Below, piece after piece: positions 43,361-55,106 of a DNA stretch of 55,106 bases. This DNA is from Catajapyx aquilonaris (lineage: Eukaryota), in NCBI GenBank assembly GCA_000934665.2, contig JYFJ02002546.1, positions 1 to 55,106 of the forward strand, read 5' to 3'. The translations under genes were made by a program, and so were the position numbers. Below the pieces are notes generated by a model, which was given only the letters and a program-made list of their open reading frames with translations, was not told the DNA's origin and made no database searches. Position 1 is the stretch's first letter. Each line of letters starts with the position of its first letter.

Positions 43361-46300
43361 TTAATAATTTTTTATTTTTATTATTGCCCAAATGATGACT
43401 ACTGGGTAAGGTGTAACTGTGTATGTCTGAAGGTGAACTAACTGCTCTTCGTGGCTAGATCTGGGACAGTTTGCATGTGCAGGATATCTTGCCTGCACCA
43501 CTTGCCCCTGCCACCACCTCTGGTGACCATCCTATTGGGTAGGCCAATAGCTTTGGGGAGAAAAAAAATGCAGGTATCCGGATAAAATGATGTCACAATA
43601 TTTAGATATTTTTTTACACCTTGCTCCTTTATTGGCTTGCCTGTAAAATTTATAAATTGACAAAATTCCATGATACAATAGAATAAAAATGGCATTATGT
43701 CATGGAAAGCCTACTGACATGCCCTCGACCATTTTATCACAGAAAATTTCTACACGAGGTGTGAAATATTACAGGCGGCCAAAATAAAACACCACTTCCC
43801 AGTGACAATGGTGACAACTGAAAGGTGACATTGCTAAACAGCATCTTTTTTTTTTTTTTTGAAAAGTTTATTCCGGTGTCATACAGAAAAAAAGACCATA
43901 AATATAACGCTTGTGACCAAATGAAGAAGTCCGCACATTTGAACAGAAAGACAAATAGATTACTTGTATTCATGATTTATTTATGAAATAATGGCACATT
44001 CTACAATGTGTCTCTCTGGACTCACCTAAATTGCTTCACAAGCCTATGGTATGAGAATAAAGTCTAATTTCTACACTAAGAGGTATTAATCAAACTGCAA
44101 CACACTCAATGGGAGTGTAAAGGGATCCGTATTTGCTGGTTTCTTTTCCTGTAAAGTTCTACTATGTAGGTGTATATTTGTGAAAAGATATGAAACAGGG
44201 TCTGATTTTTTTCTATCCAACACTACACATATTTCATATCTTTAAATATTTTTTTGTAATTTATATTTTCTGAAATACCATTCCAACTTTAACAATCTTT
44301 CCAATGTTGTGCTCATCACTTTGCTCTGTATATGTATTTACAAACCTTTTTTTAATCATTCCCTTTTCAAAGAGAGGTCGAACTATGACTATCATCGGAA
44401 CCTTCCAAAAAAGTAAGGTACAAAAATAAAACAATCTGAATTTGAGAAAATCCACTTATATCTTTTTGTTGGTTTGCATGTTTGGAAATGATTGGTTTTG
44501 TTTCCCTATCAGTGGTTATTGTGTCCTAAAATCTGCACCAGCAGTGCAGCTAGAAATTTTGCAAAATGTGAGTAGTGCTAACAGCAAGCCTTTAACATGA
44601 CTTTCCAGTGGGGTGGGGGGTGGGAATTGAACATTATCATATATTACAGTAAAAACCACCTGCATTTCACATCCATTTAAAAAATAAGCCCTAAACAGAG
44701 GACAAGCACATTTTTTCCGTATATAACTGCCCAGTTTTAATCATGCTTGGGTATAATGCAACTAATTATGACACAATTATTCTTTTAACAATCACGATGA
44801 TGACTATGGTGACTAACTCCTATGATGGACTGGGAGATGGATATTGTTTGCAGACATGAGAAAAAATTTGACTTCAAAAAGATGAGACAGGATGTCTGGT
44901 AGGGGGTGACAAATCATTAAGTCCCTTTCCCTTTTGTTACGGATGCAATCAAAATTTTTTCCCCCTCCTCTGTTCAGAGGGGGACAACAACACATTTGAC
45001 TCCATAAATGCTACACAGGACAGGCTGTCACAGGAGTTTTATATAAGACACAACATTTATGACCCCAAAAACAAATTTGAAATTACATTTACACACAGAT
45101 TCATTGTACTTTACAGGCCATCTATGTTTTCTTATGTTTTTTTTTCTACACTTTTGTCCTTTGTCATTATCATTCTGACCATGTTGAATTTGGGATATAG
45201 AAAAAAGGCGTGAAGATTATTTATGGGTCATTAGGAGTACTTCGCATGACACGATGATGAAAATGATCACAAATGACTTTAAAACTGGCTTTAAAATGTT
45301 GTACAGGGACAAGGGGGGTAAAATGCGTAAAACACAAGTAGTAGCTACTGGATGATATCCGAATAGGTTCTTAAATACATGTCAAGCTAACTCAACCAAA
45401 CACATGCTCCCTTTTCAAGTGACATCACCCCATTTGCCCCACAATTCCATTGGCAATGGAGCTATATCTGATCCTTGATTTGCAAACTCCCATGGAGTGG
45501 TGCCCCCTCATTTAAAAAAAAGACAGGTGGAGAAAAACGCACCATTTGGCCTGCTCAATGCCTACATGACTGGAAAAAACAGAAAACAGTCACAGAGTGT
45601 CTGCCCACTCCTGCACTCCCAACACTTCTGATGTTTCAATCTGGATTCCCATCTTCGCTTGCAAAATCACACATATACTCTCAAATGTTTACTATTTCGC
45701 ATCTTGTTATTCACCATCTACAGGTCCTGTCCCACACATTCATTGCAGAGTGGGTTTTATTTTAGCTATCGAGGTTGATGGTACAGGGTTTGGGTGGTTA
45801 TGTGGACAACACTGAACTCCCAACTAACTGTACATGACTCCTCAAGTTATGAGGATGTAATATGGCATCGAGGCCGAGGTGAGAGTGGGGAAAGGGGGTA
45901 AGTGTAGGGGTAGGAGTGGGGATGAAAACAGCAATTGCATCAGCTCAAGTGAATGTTAAATTGGAATATTATTGGTCATGTCTGCCACAAACAAATTAAA
46001 AATCATTGCACATGAATCCCCCAAGCAACTATATCGATATGTAATACAAACTAAGTTTGGTCTATGCTGTTTCTTGTGCAGGTCAAATTTGTGACAATGC
46101 CAATAAACATATGTTACTCCTTAAGTTAAACATGGATCTAGTGAACGCATCATCAAAAGGTGATGCATGAGATGGATGCTTGATAAGTGACAGAAAAAAA
46201 GTCGCTCCAACGGCATGAGTTTCTGAATTACGTGCATCTACTTCTTTTACAGCAACGCTTGGGACCAACTCCCAGTGAACATGTAAAATTCTCACTCAAA

Positions 46301-46596
46301 TTCACTCTCTCTCTCCCATTTATTCTTTGTCACTAACCTCTCATCCTTATGTGTACTGTATGTGGTGCATATTAAGCAAGTCTTGTCTACAAGTTTAAAA
46401 ATATGAGCAGACATGCCAAGTTTTCCAACTCAAACCCAACTTGGGGATGCAAAACCCACACACCTCCTCTGCAAAATACAAAACAAACCTGCATGTGTCG
46501 AACCCCACTTCCCCAAACACACTCGCACTTTTTACTCCATTTTAACACTGAAAAATGTTGGCCTGGTGCACGTGCACACACACACTCACACACATT

Positions 46597-46811
46597 TTAT
46601 GCCTTCTTCCCTGCCTTTTTCTTGTCCTTTGAGGTGCTAGGGGTAGGGGTAGGGGCAGGCGTGGCAGACTGAGCCCCAGTGTTGGCAGTTCCCCGTCGTC
46701 TCTCAGCAACTTTCCCCTTCGTTCCTGGGCCAGTAGCCCCACTTGATGGCTGGGGTTGAGGGGTAGAGGAGGTAGATGGTCCTGCCGAGGCACCTGCCTT
46801 AATCCTCGAGC
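46597..46811 (-). CDS. Terminal coding exon B of the unidentified gene
   Basis: cccttttcag|GC TCG AGG..., in phase with the 47468 donor; SRIKAGASAGPSTSSTPQPQ...PSTSKDKKKAGKKA*; AATAAA at 46319-46324. Confidence 0.65.
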
Positions 46812-47467
46812 CTGAAAAGGGAAAGAGTGGCCGCAGCCCAGATTCCCAACTGAAATCTTCAAAGGTAAAAGGTCGCGTTTATACACCTAGGTAAATAGTC
46901 TCTGCCTATGGCTCTTTTTAAAGATTAGTGGCCAATTTTTTTGTGCTAGTTGTGTCTAGATTCTTTTAACTGGTGTCTTGGAGACAAGAAACAGTGCTCA
47001 TCACAAAAAGCAGGTATGCCTTCAGAATTGTACATTGTAAAGGAGCAAACTGAAGGAGAGAAAAAAAATTTATACAGACAATTTGAACTAAATCATACGT
47101 GTGCTCTCATCAAACAAGTCTCTTGTGTGCAAATATTTTTGGTTATTAACCCGTTACTGCCCCACTCTTCCACTATCGCCTGACTGCAATTGGTCTGTGG
47201 TTCCACCAACTTCAGGCTGTCCAGAAGTTCTCTTTGTAAATTAAAAAATTGCCCCTCGCTTCAAAAAGTGCCAATTATTCTTAATAAAATAAATCAAATC
47301 AGCAGCCCTTAACCATTAACAACTGAACAGCCTGTCACGCAAAAGGATAATTCCAATTGCCAAGCAATGGCATGAGTGTGGTTGTAAAGAGTTAAGGAAT
47401 ATATTTTTAAAGAAATAAAGAAAAAAGAAAATCTCTTTTGCAATGATCTGGGACAAGCGTAGGCTAC

Positions 47468-47593
47468 CTTTCAAGCCTAACGATTCCATGAATAAGGTAG
47501 CAGAAGCCCTTCGGGAGCCGCTAGCGGTCATAGGTTTATACTTAGGAGCCGCTGTCTTCACTAAACTTTTAATGTTCGCCTGCTCCGCTTGAT
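47468..47593 (-). CDS. Internal phase 1-1 exon of the unidentified gene
   Basis: ttttctcacaatag|AT CAA...AAA G|gtagcc; 126 nt; QAEQANIKSLVKTAAPKYKPMTASGSRRASATLFMESLGLK. Confidence 0.6.
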
Positions 47594-50100
47594 CTATTGT
47601 GAGAAAAGACATGAGAGAAAAAGGGACAGCTACTCTGGGGTGCAGTGGAACCTCGAAGTCTCTTTCCCATTTTTCTTCTTTTTTTTTCTTTCTTTGGTTT
47701 TGTTTTATTTTTTGCTTTTCGGCTAGTTGTTTTCTAAGGGGCTGCCGATTGGGTATGGGGCATTTGTTTACTTTTTTATGTGGGGAAATTTGCCTTCTTC
47801 CATGGTGAGTCACAGATAGAGTGAGAGAGGCAGAGCTGAGAGCAAAGTTCCACTGCAAACAAGTGAACAAAAATAAGTTGCACCTTTGAAAATGATAGGG
47901 ACTTAAATAATTCATAAGTCAAATAAACACCCAGTTAGTTGACTTGTTAGCTGGGTTATATTCCTAACCAAAATAAGCAGTCACACATCCCTTTGAGCAT
48001 ACTTTTTCTTAAAGAAGAAAATAAGTCAAGCTGGGGAAAAAAAGGGCAACTTGGGAGGAAAAAATTAATCATCAAACTAAGGATTACAAAAATTAATTGC
48101 TGAAGCATGTTTGACTTGTTCCTAGGCATAGCTCAGTATATATCAAATGCGCTTGTCATGCACAATGTTCAACTACAGTAGCAATTCCTTCCAACAATTT
48201 TGTGTGTTCTTCCACAGCTGAGAGTTCAGGTCAATTCGTGACTTCCCAGCAATAGCTTTAAATGGTCGGGAAAAGTTCTCTTACAATACCACCAACATGC
48301 ACCATCAATCACTTGTTCTACTTCAGCGATTCTCAACAGTTGCCAATCTGCAGTCTATTTCAGAATATTTTGCTCAAGACCCATTTTTGGATCCTAGTCC
48401 AAGGATGCTCAGTATATAAAAATTATAGACATAAAACTAAAATATCCAGCATATGCCATATTTTTTACATCTCTTTCAATAAAATGCCACAAATGTATCC
48501 TTAAAAGTGTGCTCATAATGTTACTGAAATATTGTTTACAAATCCAGTCTTTCACAAAGCAGCAGTAGTTAGCGCATGTCGAAGAAACCTAACATAAATT
48601 AATCTCAAAGTGGCACAATGTGAGCAGGGAGCAGCGGCATGTCCCACGTTGAATTCCAATTGCAACGATCTACATTTGTCTTAACATACTGCAATGAACC
48701 TTCAGTTGGACAAACAGATCAACCAGATTGAGAAACGCTGTATACTCTACAACATACTGCACTCTAGCAAGGTTCAAAGAATACTTCCAGGCATGATGTG
48801 AGTAGGAGGCCAGTAAATACGCTTGCAAGATGCTCAAGAGCACATAAAAATGAAACACTTAGCCTAATTGATGAAAGAAGTCTAAATGTGGGACAAAAAA
48901 GGGTATCCTGAGAGCACCACATTTACATGGACTTTTATCAATCCTGCATATAAAACATGATCTTAAGGCCCTTCCCATTAATACTATGATGGGTATCTTC
49001 AGTTACAACAAAATATGCTAAAGCCCATTAGCCCTGTAAATGATTACTTTGCCCTTCATTGGCACTTAATAATCAAACACTTACACTGTTTTCTCACAAC
49101 TAGTGGTGGCTCATGGCTTAGAATTATGATGAGACTGATGACATATATGAAGTATCAAACTACTGATTTGTTACACACATACTTGACAAATATTGACACT
49201 TAGCATTCTTACTCACTCTTCCTAGATCCAATCAGCTACTTGAAAAATTAATACAAGCTCATTAAAATTCACAATCATAAATATTTCTCTAAGGCCCATG
49301 AAACAAAACATGCCAGTGTCATTAGTTTTAAGAATATGACCTGCAGCCACAGTTACGAAAATCCTATGATTGCCTCTATATCACTGCCACCATTCACAAC
49401 TGGGTGAAAAGTATCTTGACCACCATGCAGTTAAATTCCCATGCAGATGAGCATACTTCTGGAAGTTATCACAGTACGTCATGCATGAGATCATTGCATC
49501 ACGATGTGATGCTGGATGAATTAGCAAAGGAGGGCTTGAGGTGTTAGCTAGGAGTAGGGGTACTGGTGAAAGAGAGAAGAGGCATGGTATGATGCTTATT
49601 TGAATTGGTCCCATCTTGGCTTCCTGCCAACTCATCAGATCACATCAGGTGCCTGCCTATGATAACAATGTAGGGTGTTTCAAATTGGTGCAGACCCACT
49701 TCATCAGTGAACTCTGTAGCACCTGAGGATCACTTGATATAAGAGTTCTATTTGGTTTCCACAACCTCTATGGAGGTAATTAGCATTAACAAAAGAATGC
49801 ATTATCCCACCTGTATTTCAGATCAAACCTATGCCACTTCCATCACTTCAGGGACTGCCTGCAACACCTGATGCAGTTGCAGTTTAATTTTACACAGTAC
49901 ACCTGGTTATTGAATTGAAAAGGCACTCTCACAAGAAGGGACACATGTGCCAAGATATCTGATATCATATGTTAGCACCACATTTTCTTCATAAAGAGGC
50001 TACAGTTACATCAAGCAATCCTTTGATGATCAGTTCACCCTAGAAATTTGTCTAAATAATTGTGAAACATGCAGTATATAGCCCAGCTCATGATGAAATA

Positions 50101-50825
50101 CGAGGGGTGTCCAGAAAGTAAGGTAAATCATTTTTTATCTTGGAAAGTTTCACTGACAGAAGCACACAATTGACACATTAAATATATGGTGAATGTCATT
50201 ACACAATACAATCCCCGAGTTGATTCAAGCACTTGTCCCACCAAGTCTTCTATACCCCCCGCCTAGAATTTCAGGTCAAGCGAAAGTAACCAGGTGATAA
50301 CCTCTAACTTCACCTCCTTGTCACTGGCACACCCTCTTCCAGACAGGTGACGATTAAGGGGGGCCATAAAGGAAGAAGTGAGAGGGGTCCAAGATTTCTC
50401 ACGTGTAGTGAAGCACCCATTCTTTGGGTGCACAAAGTCACTCTAGAGACCAAGATGGATTCCATGGTTTCGAAGAATCCTTCTTCTCACCAGCCAAAAA
50501 AATGTCAAGACCAGGTCTTCTGCAACGAAATTCATGGTTACAGTCCACACTTCGCCCCCTGAAACGTTACTTGTTGGGAAGAGGGTTTGCTAGTGACAAG
50601 GAGGTGAAATTAGAGGCCATCACCTGGCTACTTGTGCTTGACCAGAAATTCTAGGCGGGGGGGTATAGAAGACTTGGTGTAACGGTGGGACAAGTGCTTG
50701 TACTGACTCAAGGATTACACTGAATTGTGACATTAACCATATCTTAAATATGTGTAAGTTGTGTGCTTCTATCATTAAAACTTTAAGATAAAAAAGGGTT
50801 TACCTTACTTTCCCGACACCCCTCA
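50101..50825. mobile_element. Palindromic mariner derivative (two 3' ends), related subfamily
   Basis: TA|cgaggggtgtccagaaagtaaggtaa ... ttaccttactttcccgacacccctca|TA; LKRYLLGRGFASDKEVK...WDKCL resembling the transposase C-terminus. Confidence 0.85.
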
Positions 50826-51002
50826 TACATACTTATTTCTTCTATAGAAGTGGGGCTAAGCCCCTATGAGCCTGTAATGACAATCCACCACTGCTCATCA
50901 CATGCCATTTGTAACAATAAACCAGTCAAAAATATAGTGGTCTTCAGGAATAAGCAATGACATCATACTGAAGCTAAAACTAGAAATCATGTCAAAAAGT
51001 AA

Positions 51003-51394
51003 AGTCCGACCAGAAGCTAAAGAGAGTTGGTGGGTTTTCCCCATCAACCCAAAATCCCCCACCGCCACCCCACCCCCTCGAAAATGCCCACTTCCCAACA
51101 ATCTTAATCTGCAAAAGGGTTAGGAAAGGTCAGTTTAAAAGGAGACGTTGCCGTAATGTGGATCTGTGGTTATTATACGTATAAGAATTTGTAATAAGGC
51201 ACACGACTGCACGACACTGTTCCAAGATTTGTACTGCTGATGGGCAACACCGTATTCTGGTCTGACCTTTACTAACCCTTTTGCGGATTAAAATTTGTAG
51301 GGAAGTGGGGCATTTTCGAGGGGGTGGGGTGGCGGTGGGGGATTTTGTGTTGATCGGAAAAACCCACCAACTCTCTTTAGCTTCTGGTCAGACT
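51003..51394. mobile_element. Palindromic MITE
   Basis: agtccgaccagaagctaaagagagttggtgggttttcc ... ggaaaacccaccaactctctttagcttctggtcagact. Confidence 0.85.
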
Positions 51395-51454
51395 ATACAT
51401 GAAAGTCTGGATGTGGTCTGAATTGCCAAAGGGGTTAATTTCTCCCACTTAACT

Positions 51455-51455
<1 letters not shown>

Positions 51456-51486
<31 letters not shown>
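51456..51486. repeat. (CT)n microsatellite
   Basis: Read directly. Confidence 0.95.
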
Positions 51487-51489
<3 letters not shown>

Positions 51490-52129
51490 GTTCAATATGG
51501 TACAATAATGAAACACCTTCAATGCATTCCCATTTCAATTTGATGCTCTTCTTATCCTGACTGTTACTCTAAGGTCAGTTTAGTCACTTCGTACGTTAAA
51601 TAACATTAGTTCCTAAATGGACAACATGGACATGTCATTGCACAAAAATCTCTCTGGAAATCTTAAATTCCTGTCGCATCTCATCAGCTTGCCTTTAGGG
51701 AACAGTGGCAGTTAAGGCAGTCTTATGTGGCTGAACATCCTAAACTGCTCCTTAGACATCTATTGCAGGTCCTCAACTAGCATACCAAGTCAGTCATAAA
51801 ACTGAAGAGTAGGTAGGAAGGTCTAGGGACTACTTGACTTATCACAATCGAAATTTATTGTAAATGAAGTAAACACATTACATCCTTGATTCTGTCTGAT
51901 TAATGTGTTCAAAATTTTTCCGAAGTTCAAACTGAACTTTTACTTCACCATTGCAACTACATCTCAATCGGCATACACAAACCCAATAGCCTGATGAAAA
52001 ACAAGGCGTAGCCATGTACATCCCTTACATGCATAGTTCAACTGATCCCACCAGTGGAAAAATCAAGGCAGTGGTCTTTCACTATATGGATGCAGAAAAA
52101 CATTGCCCTTTATATGGGTCCTTTGTGGC

Positions 52130-52635
52130 TTATACAACAGGTGACATCTCCTTCTGCCCACCTTTAGACCTCGTGGACCTCTTGGCCTGTCCCGAAGAAG
52201 AGGGTTCTGCCTCCCATTCCTTCTTCCCTGGTGCCAGCCTGAGTTTCTTGGCTTCTACCTTAGGTGTTGTGTTGTTTGTAGCAGCTCCTATTGCCCTCCC
52301 TCCCCCCCCACCAGCAGCCTTCTCCCTTTCCCTCTGGCGTTTCTCTGCTCTCTTCTCCCTCCCCTTCCTGTCCCTCTCTGCCTTCTCCACCAGAGCAGCA
52401 GCCTTAGCCATGGCAGCTTCATCATTCCCGGGTGAGATGGGCTGGCGTGGGGATGGCTTGCGGAGAGACTTGCGCTGGGAGGGTTGCGGAGATGATGAAT
52501 TGCGCTGGCGACTGCTCCGTCCCTGCCTGCCACCACCCTCTTCTGTTGCTGCTTCCCTCTGCTGCCGTTCAAGCTGTCGCTGTAACTCCTTCTTCTTTTT
52601 TAGCTGAGATTCGTCCTTGAACAAGGACACATCCA
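52130..52635 (-). CDS. Terminal coding exon A of an unidentified gene (Lys/Arg/Glu-rich low-complexity tail)
   Basis: Strong polypyrimidine tract cttcctcttttgttttccacactag|, 168 open codons (DVSLFKDESQLKKKKELQRQLERQQRE...QKEMSPVV*), AATAAA about 270 nt downstream (51854-51859). Confidence 0.75.
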
Positions 52636-52950
52636 CTAGTGTGGAAAACAAAAGAGGAAGACGTGATTAAGCTACACTATTTATACTGGTTCACTTACAC
52701 TTGCCTTCATTTCCACATTGAGAATATACTACTTATTCCAACACAACTATATATCACTGACAAGAGGGCCAGTAAGACCATTTTCCTAAACCACAACAGA
52801 ATTATAACTTCAAAGCTCTGAATATATTTGATCCACAAATTATGATCGATTTATATTACATATAAAAAACTAACGAGTATAATATTTTAAAAATCAGTGT
52901 AATCCCCCACCATTACATATCACTAACTGAAAGGAAGCCTTGGATCAATT

Positions 52951-53165
52951 GAGGGGTGTGGGGGAAAAACATGATAACTGACAAAGGTGTAATATTTCAG
53001 GAGAGCGAATTGAAGTTTGCATTTCCTTAACAAATCATAGGGAATGCTGGTTTTGATCTAGTTCGTGTGGCCGTCTCGTGCATGATACATGAACTTGGAG
53101 TTGCTAGGTGTTTAGGTCAAAAATGACAAAAATGTCAGTTATCATGTTTTTCCCCCACACCCCTC
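52951..53165. mobile_element. Sola-like MITE (GAG..CTC ends, AATT TSD)
   Basis: AATT|gaggggtgtgggggaaaaacatgataactgaca ... tgtcagttatcatgtttttcccccacacccctc|AATT. Confidence 0.82.
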
Positions 53166-53509
53166 AATTAATTCACCATTCAGAAAGTCTTACAGCTACC
53201 AAGAAATAGAACAATGGTAATCGTGTCACAGTTGGCAATACTGCTGGGCACTGCCCTGTTATTAGCCACTATACCAGAGTGCCAGTGGGTCAGAAAGGGT
53301 CACCCACTATGTCTTAGGCACCTAAAAGGATTTCAAAGCCAAAATTAATGCTGCCAGGCAACCAAATACTTGCAGCTAATATTTCTATAACTTCTGAAAT
53401 TAACTACTAAAAGTAACTGCTTAATAATAAGCACCTTAGTGCAATAACATCGCTAACCACTCGAGACATTTGAGTTGGAATTTGAGTTGGAACACCCAGT
53501 ACAGTTCAC

Positions 53510-53993
53510 ATGGATATACATCATATCCCATACGCCAATGATATTATGTACTATGGGGCTCAAATTGTTTTGGCCACTTTATCCTGGTCTTGAAGCAACC
53601 CTTCACACACACACACCTGCTCAATGTGAGGCCTTTAGTGGGGGCTTAATGTCGGCCTATTTCTGCTGCTAAGGCTCAACACCGACGCCAGGGGGTGGTC
53701 CTCCTGGAAATTTGGCCACTCTGGGGATCTTTAACATGCGCTCGCGCAATGTCACAAGCACATGGGACCGACAGCTTTACTTCCCCTCCGAAGGAAGGCG
53801 CACTGTCACTTTTCTACCACCCGGAGAAAAGTCACTGACCTTGGCCGGGTCCGAACCCACAACTTTGGGTCTAGAGGCGAGCACTCTAACCACCAGGCCA
53901 CCAGCGCTGGCTCAATGTGGGGCCTGTGCGAAGACCAGGATAAAGTGGCCAAAACAATTTGAGCCCCATAGTACCTTATGTGTTATCATATCC
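53510..53993. repeat. Palindromic element interrupted by a SINE
   Basis: gtactatggggctcaaattgttttggccactttatcctggtctt / aagaccaggataaagtggccaaaacaatttgagccccatagtac. Confidence 0.8.
53635..53909 (-). mobile_element. tRNA-derived SINE with Deu/Nin-like domain
   Basis: A/B boxes, then ccttcggaggggaagtaaagctgtcggtcccatg...gcatgttaaagatccc; 16-bp TSD GCTCAATGTGRGGCCT; partial copy near 4740-4805. Confidence 0.8.
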
Positions 53994-54053
53994 ACACCTG
54001 GATGCCAGGATCAGTGCCTGTACCTGCACGAGAATTTAAACAGGATCCTAGTA

Positions 54054-54215
54054 CAGCGTTGGACATAAATCGAGGCATACTGCCAGCGACATTTTCCGAA
54101 GCAGCAGAAGAAGGAATCTTGCTCACCCGGCTTGCAATATCCTTATCTTCTGTGCCTTCTTCTGCCGCTTCGGAAAATGTCGCTAGCAATATGCCTCGAT
54201 TTATGTCCAACACTG
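54054..54215. mobile_element. Palindromic MITE family B copy 3
   Basis: cagcgttggacataaatcgaggcatac ... atgcctcgatttatgtccaacactg. Confidence 0.87.
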
Positions 54216-54344
54216 TCAACCTAATTTTATCTGCAAGGCATTGACACCTGGGTGAAAGGTCTTCCTAGCCTTACTCTGCTCCCTAGGCAACTACTGTATC
54301 TTCACGGATAATTTCCCCTTCCAACAGCCGATTTGTTAGTTGGT

Positions 54345-54662
54345 TTTTTTTATTTATCATTATTATTTTTTTAAATAAATAATCCGGGTAGTGCTTGACC
54401 TCATTGGAGGTATATAACACGGACCTTTTTACGTAATGCCCGGGCCCACGGGCAGGATGACAGGCGGGGATGTGCAAAGTGCAGTGCAATGTCGTTGGTG
54501 TACTCCCCTGGGTGGATTAGTCTATGGAAATTCCACCCGAGATGAAGCCAGAGATGGCCCAACTCTGCACAAGATGAAGGGGGGAACCCTGAACTGGGAT
54601 CGAACCCGGGACCTTAACATCTGTGGGCGCATACGTTACCGCAGTGCCACTCCGTCTCCCGC
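54345..54662 (-). mobile_element. SINE family A copy with A-rich tail and 17-bp TSD
   Basis: TSD CCGATTTGTTAGTTGGT at 54328-54344 and 54663-54679. Confidence 0.88.
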
Positions 54663-55038
54663 CCGATTTGTTAGTTGGTACAAGCAGGGTGTTTCTTACT
54701 AGTATGGCCAACAGCCGTCAGCGTATTCCTTGGGCCAAAACAAGTCGAAAATGTAGGGGGGAGAAATGTCGAGGGACCAACCATTGATATGGTAAATGAC
54801 CTGAAACATTGGCCGGTGGTTGCCTAAGGAGCAGCATAATTATGAGTGATAACAAGAGCTAATAACTGAGAGCATGTTACAAGTCCTTTGCCGTGACTGA
54901 ACCTCTGATAGACCAGGGAAGTGTTGAGATTAGTTTCCCTCTGGTGCGACAAGACGGAACCAAGAAGGGAACCTTTGTCCCTCCTACAGAGGCGTGGCTT
55001 CTTCAGGGGGTCAACTCTTTCTGTCCCTCATTTATCAC

Positions 55039-55106
55039 CTTGGGTTGGGGTGGGTGCGAAGAAAGGCCCCAGGGCTCCTGGACTTTGACCCCCCCCCCCC
55101 CCCCCC
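55039..55106 (-). CDS. Possible upstream exon end of the unidentified gene (truncated by the window edge)
   Basis: GGGG QSPGALGPFFAPTPTQ G|gtgata gives a phase-1 donor compatible with all downstream acceptors. Weak support. Confidence 0.25.

Noticed and set aside
47316..47915. 199-aa ORF as a single-exon gene
   Set aside because: It reads through A-rich and polypyrimidine intron-like sequence; only 47468-47593 has exon signals in this frame.
52014..52607. 197-aa plus-strand ORF
   Set aside because: Antisense shadow of the purine-rich minus-strand exon; the splice and poly(A) signals favour the minus strand.

Overview
Eukaryotic, intron-containing animal genomic DNA, probably arthropod (inferred from protein similarity and repeat types; the species cannot be determined). 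Three complete multi-exon housekeeping genes were reconstructed by hand with consistent GT-AG splice phases: tubulin-folding cofactor B (TBCB, +, 5 coding exons, 235 aa), beta-ureidopropionase (UPB1/pyd3, +, 7 exons, 384 aa) and Rab4 (-, 6 exons, 212 aa), which is convergent with UPB1. The 3' end of a fourth, unidentified minus-strand gene appears to have several alternative phase-1 last exons encoding basic low-complexity tails. Introns and intergenic DNA hold many non-autonomous DNA transposons, many of them foldback palindromes (Tc1/mariner, pogo/Tigger, piggyBac-like, PIF/Harbinger, hAT, Sola-like). Also present are tRNA-derived SINEs (V-domain, Deu/Nin-domain and a family with swapped tails), an RNase H-bearing LINE 3' fragment and microsatellites. 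There are no prokaryotic features, CRISPR arrays or true rRNA/tRNA genes, and I cannot support a wholly new biological system. The best leads are the alternative-last-exon gene, a 958-bp nested palindrome just downstream of the Rab4 stop, and paired palindromic mariners flanking a frame-symmetric TBCB exon.
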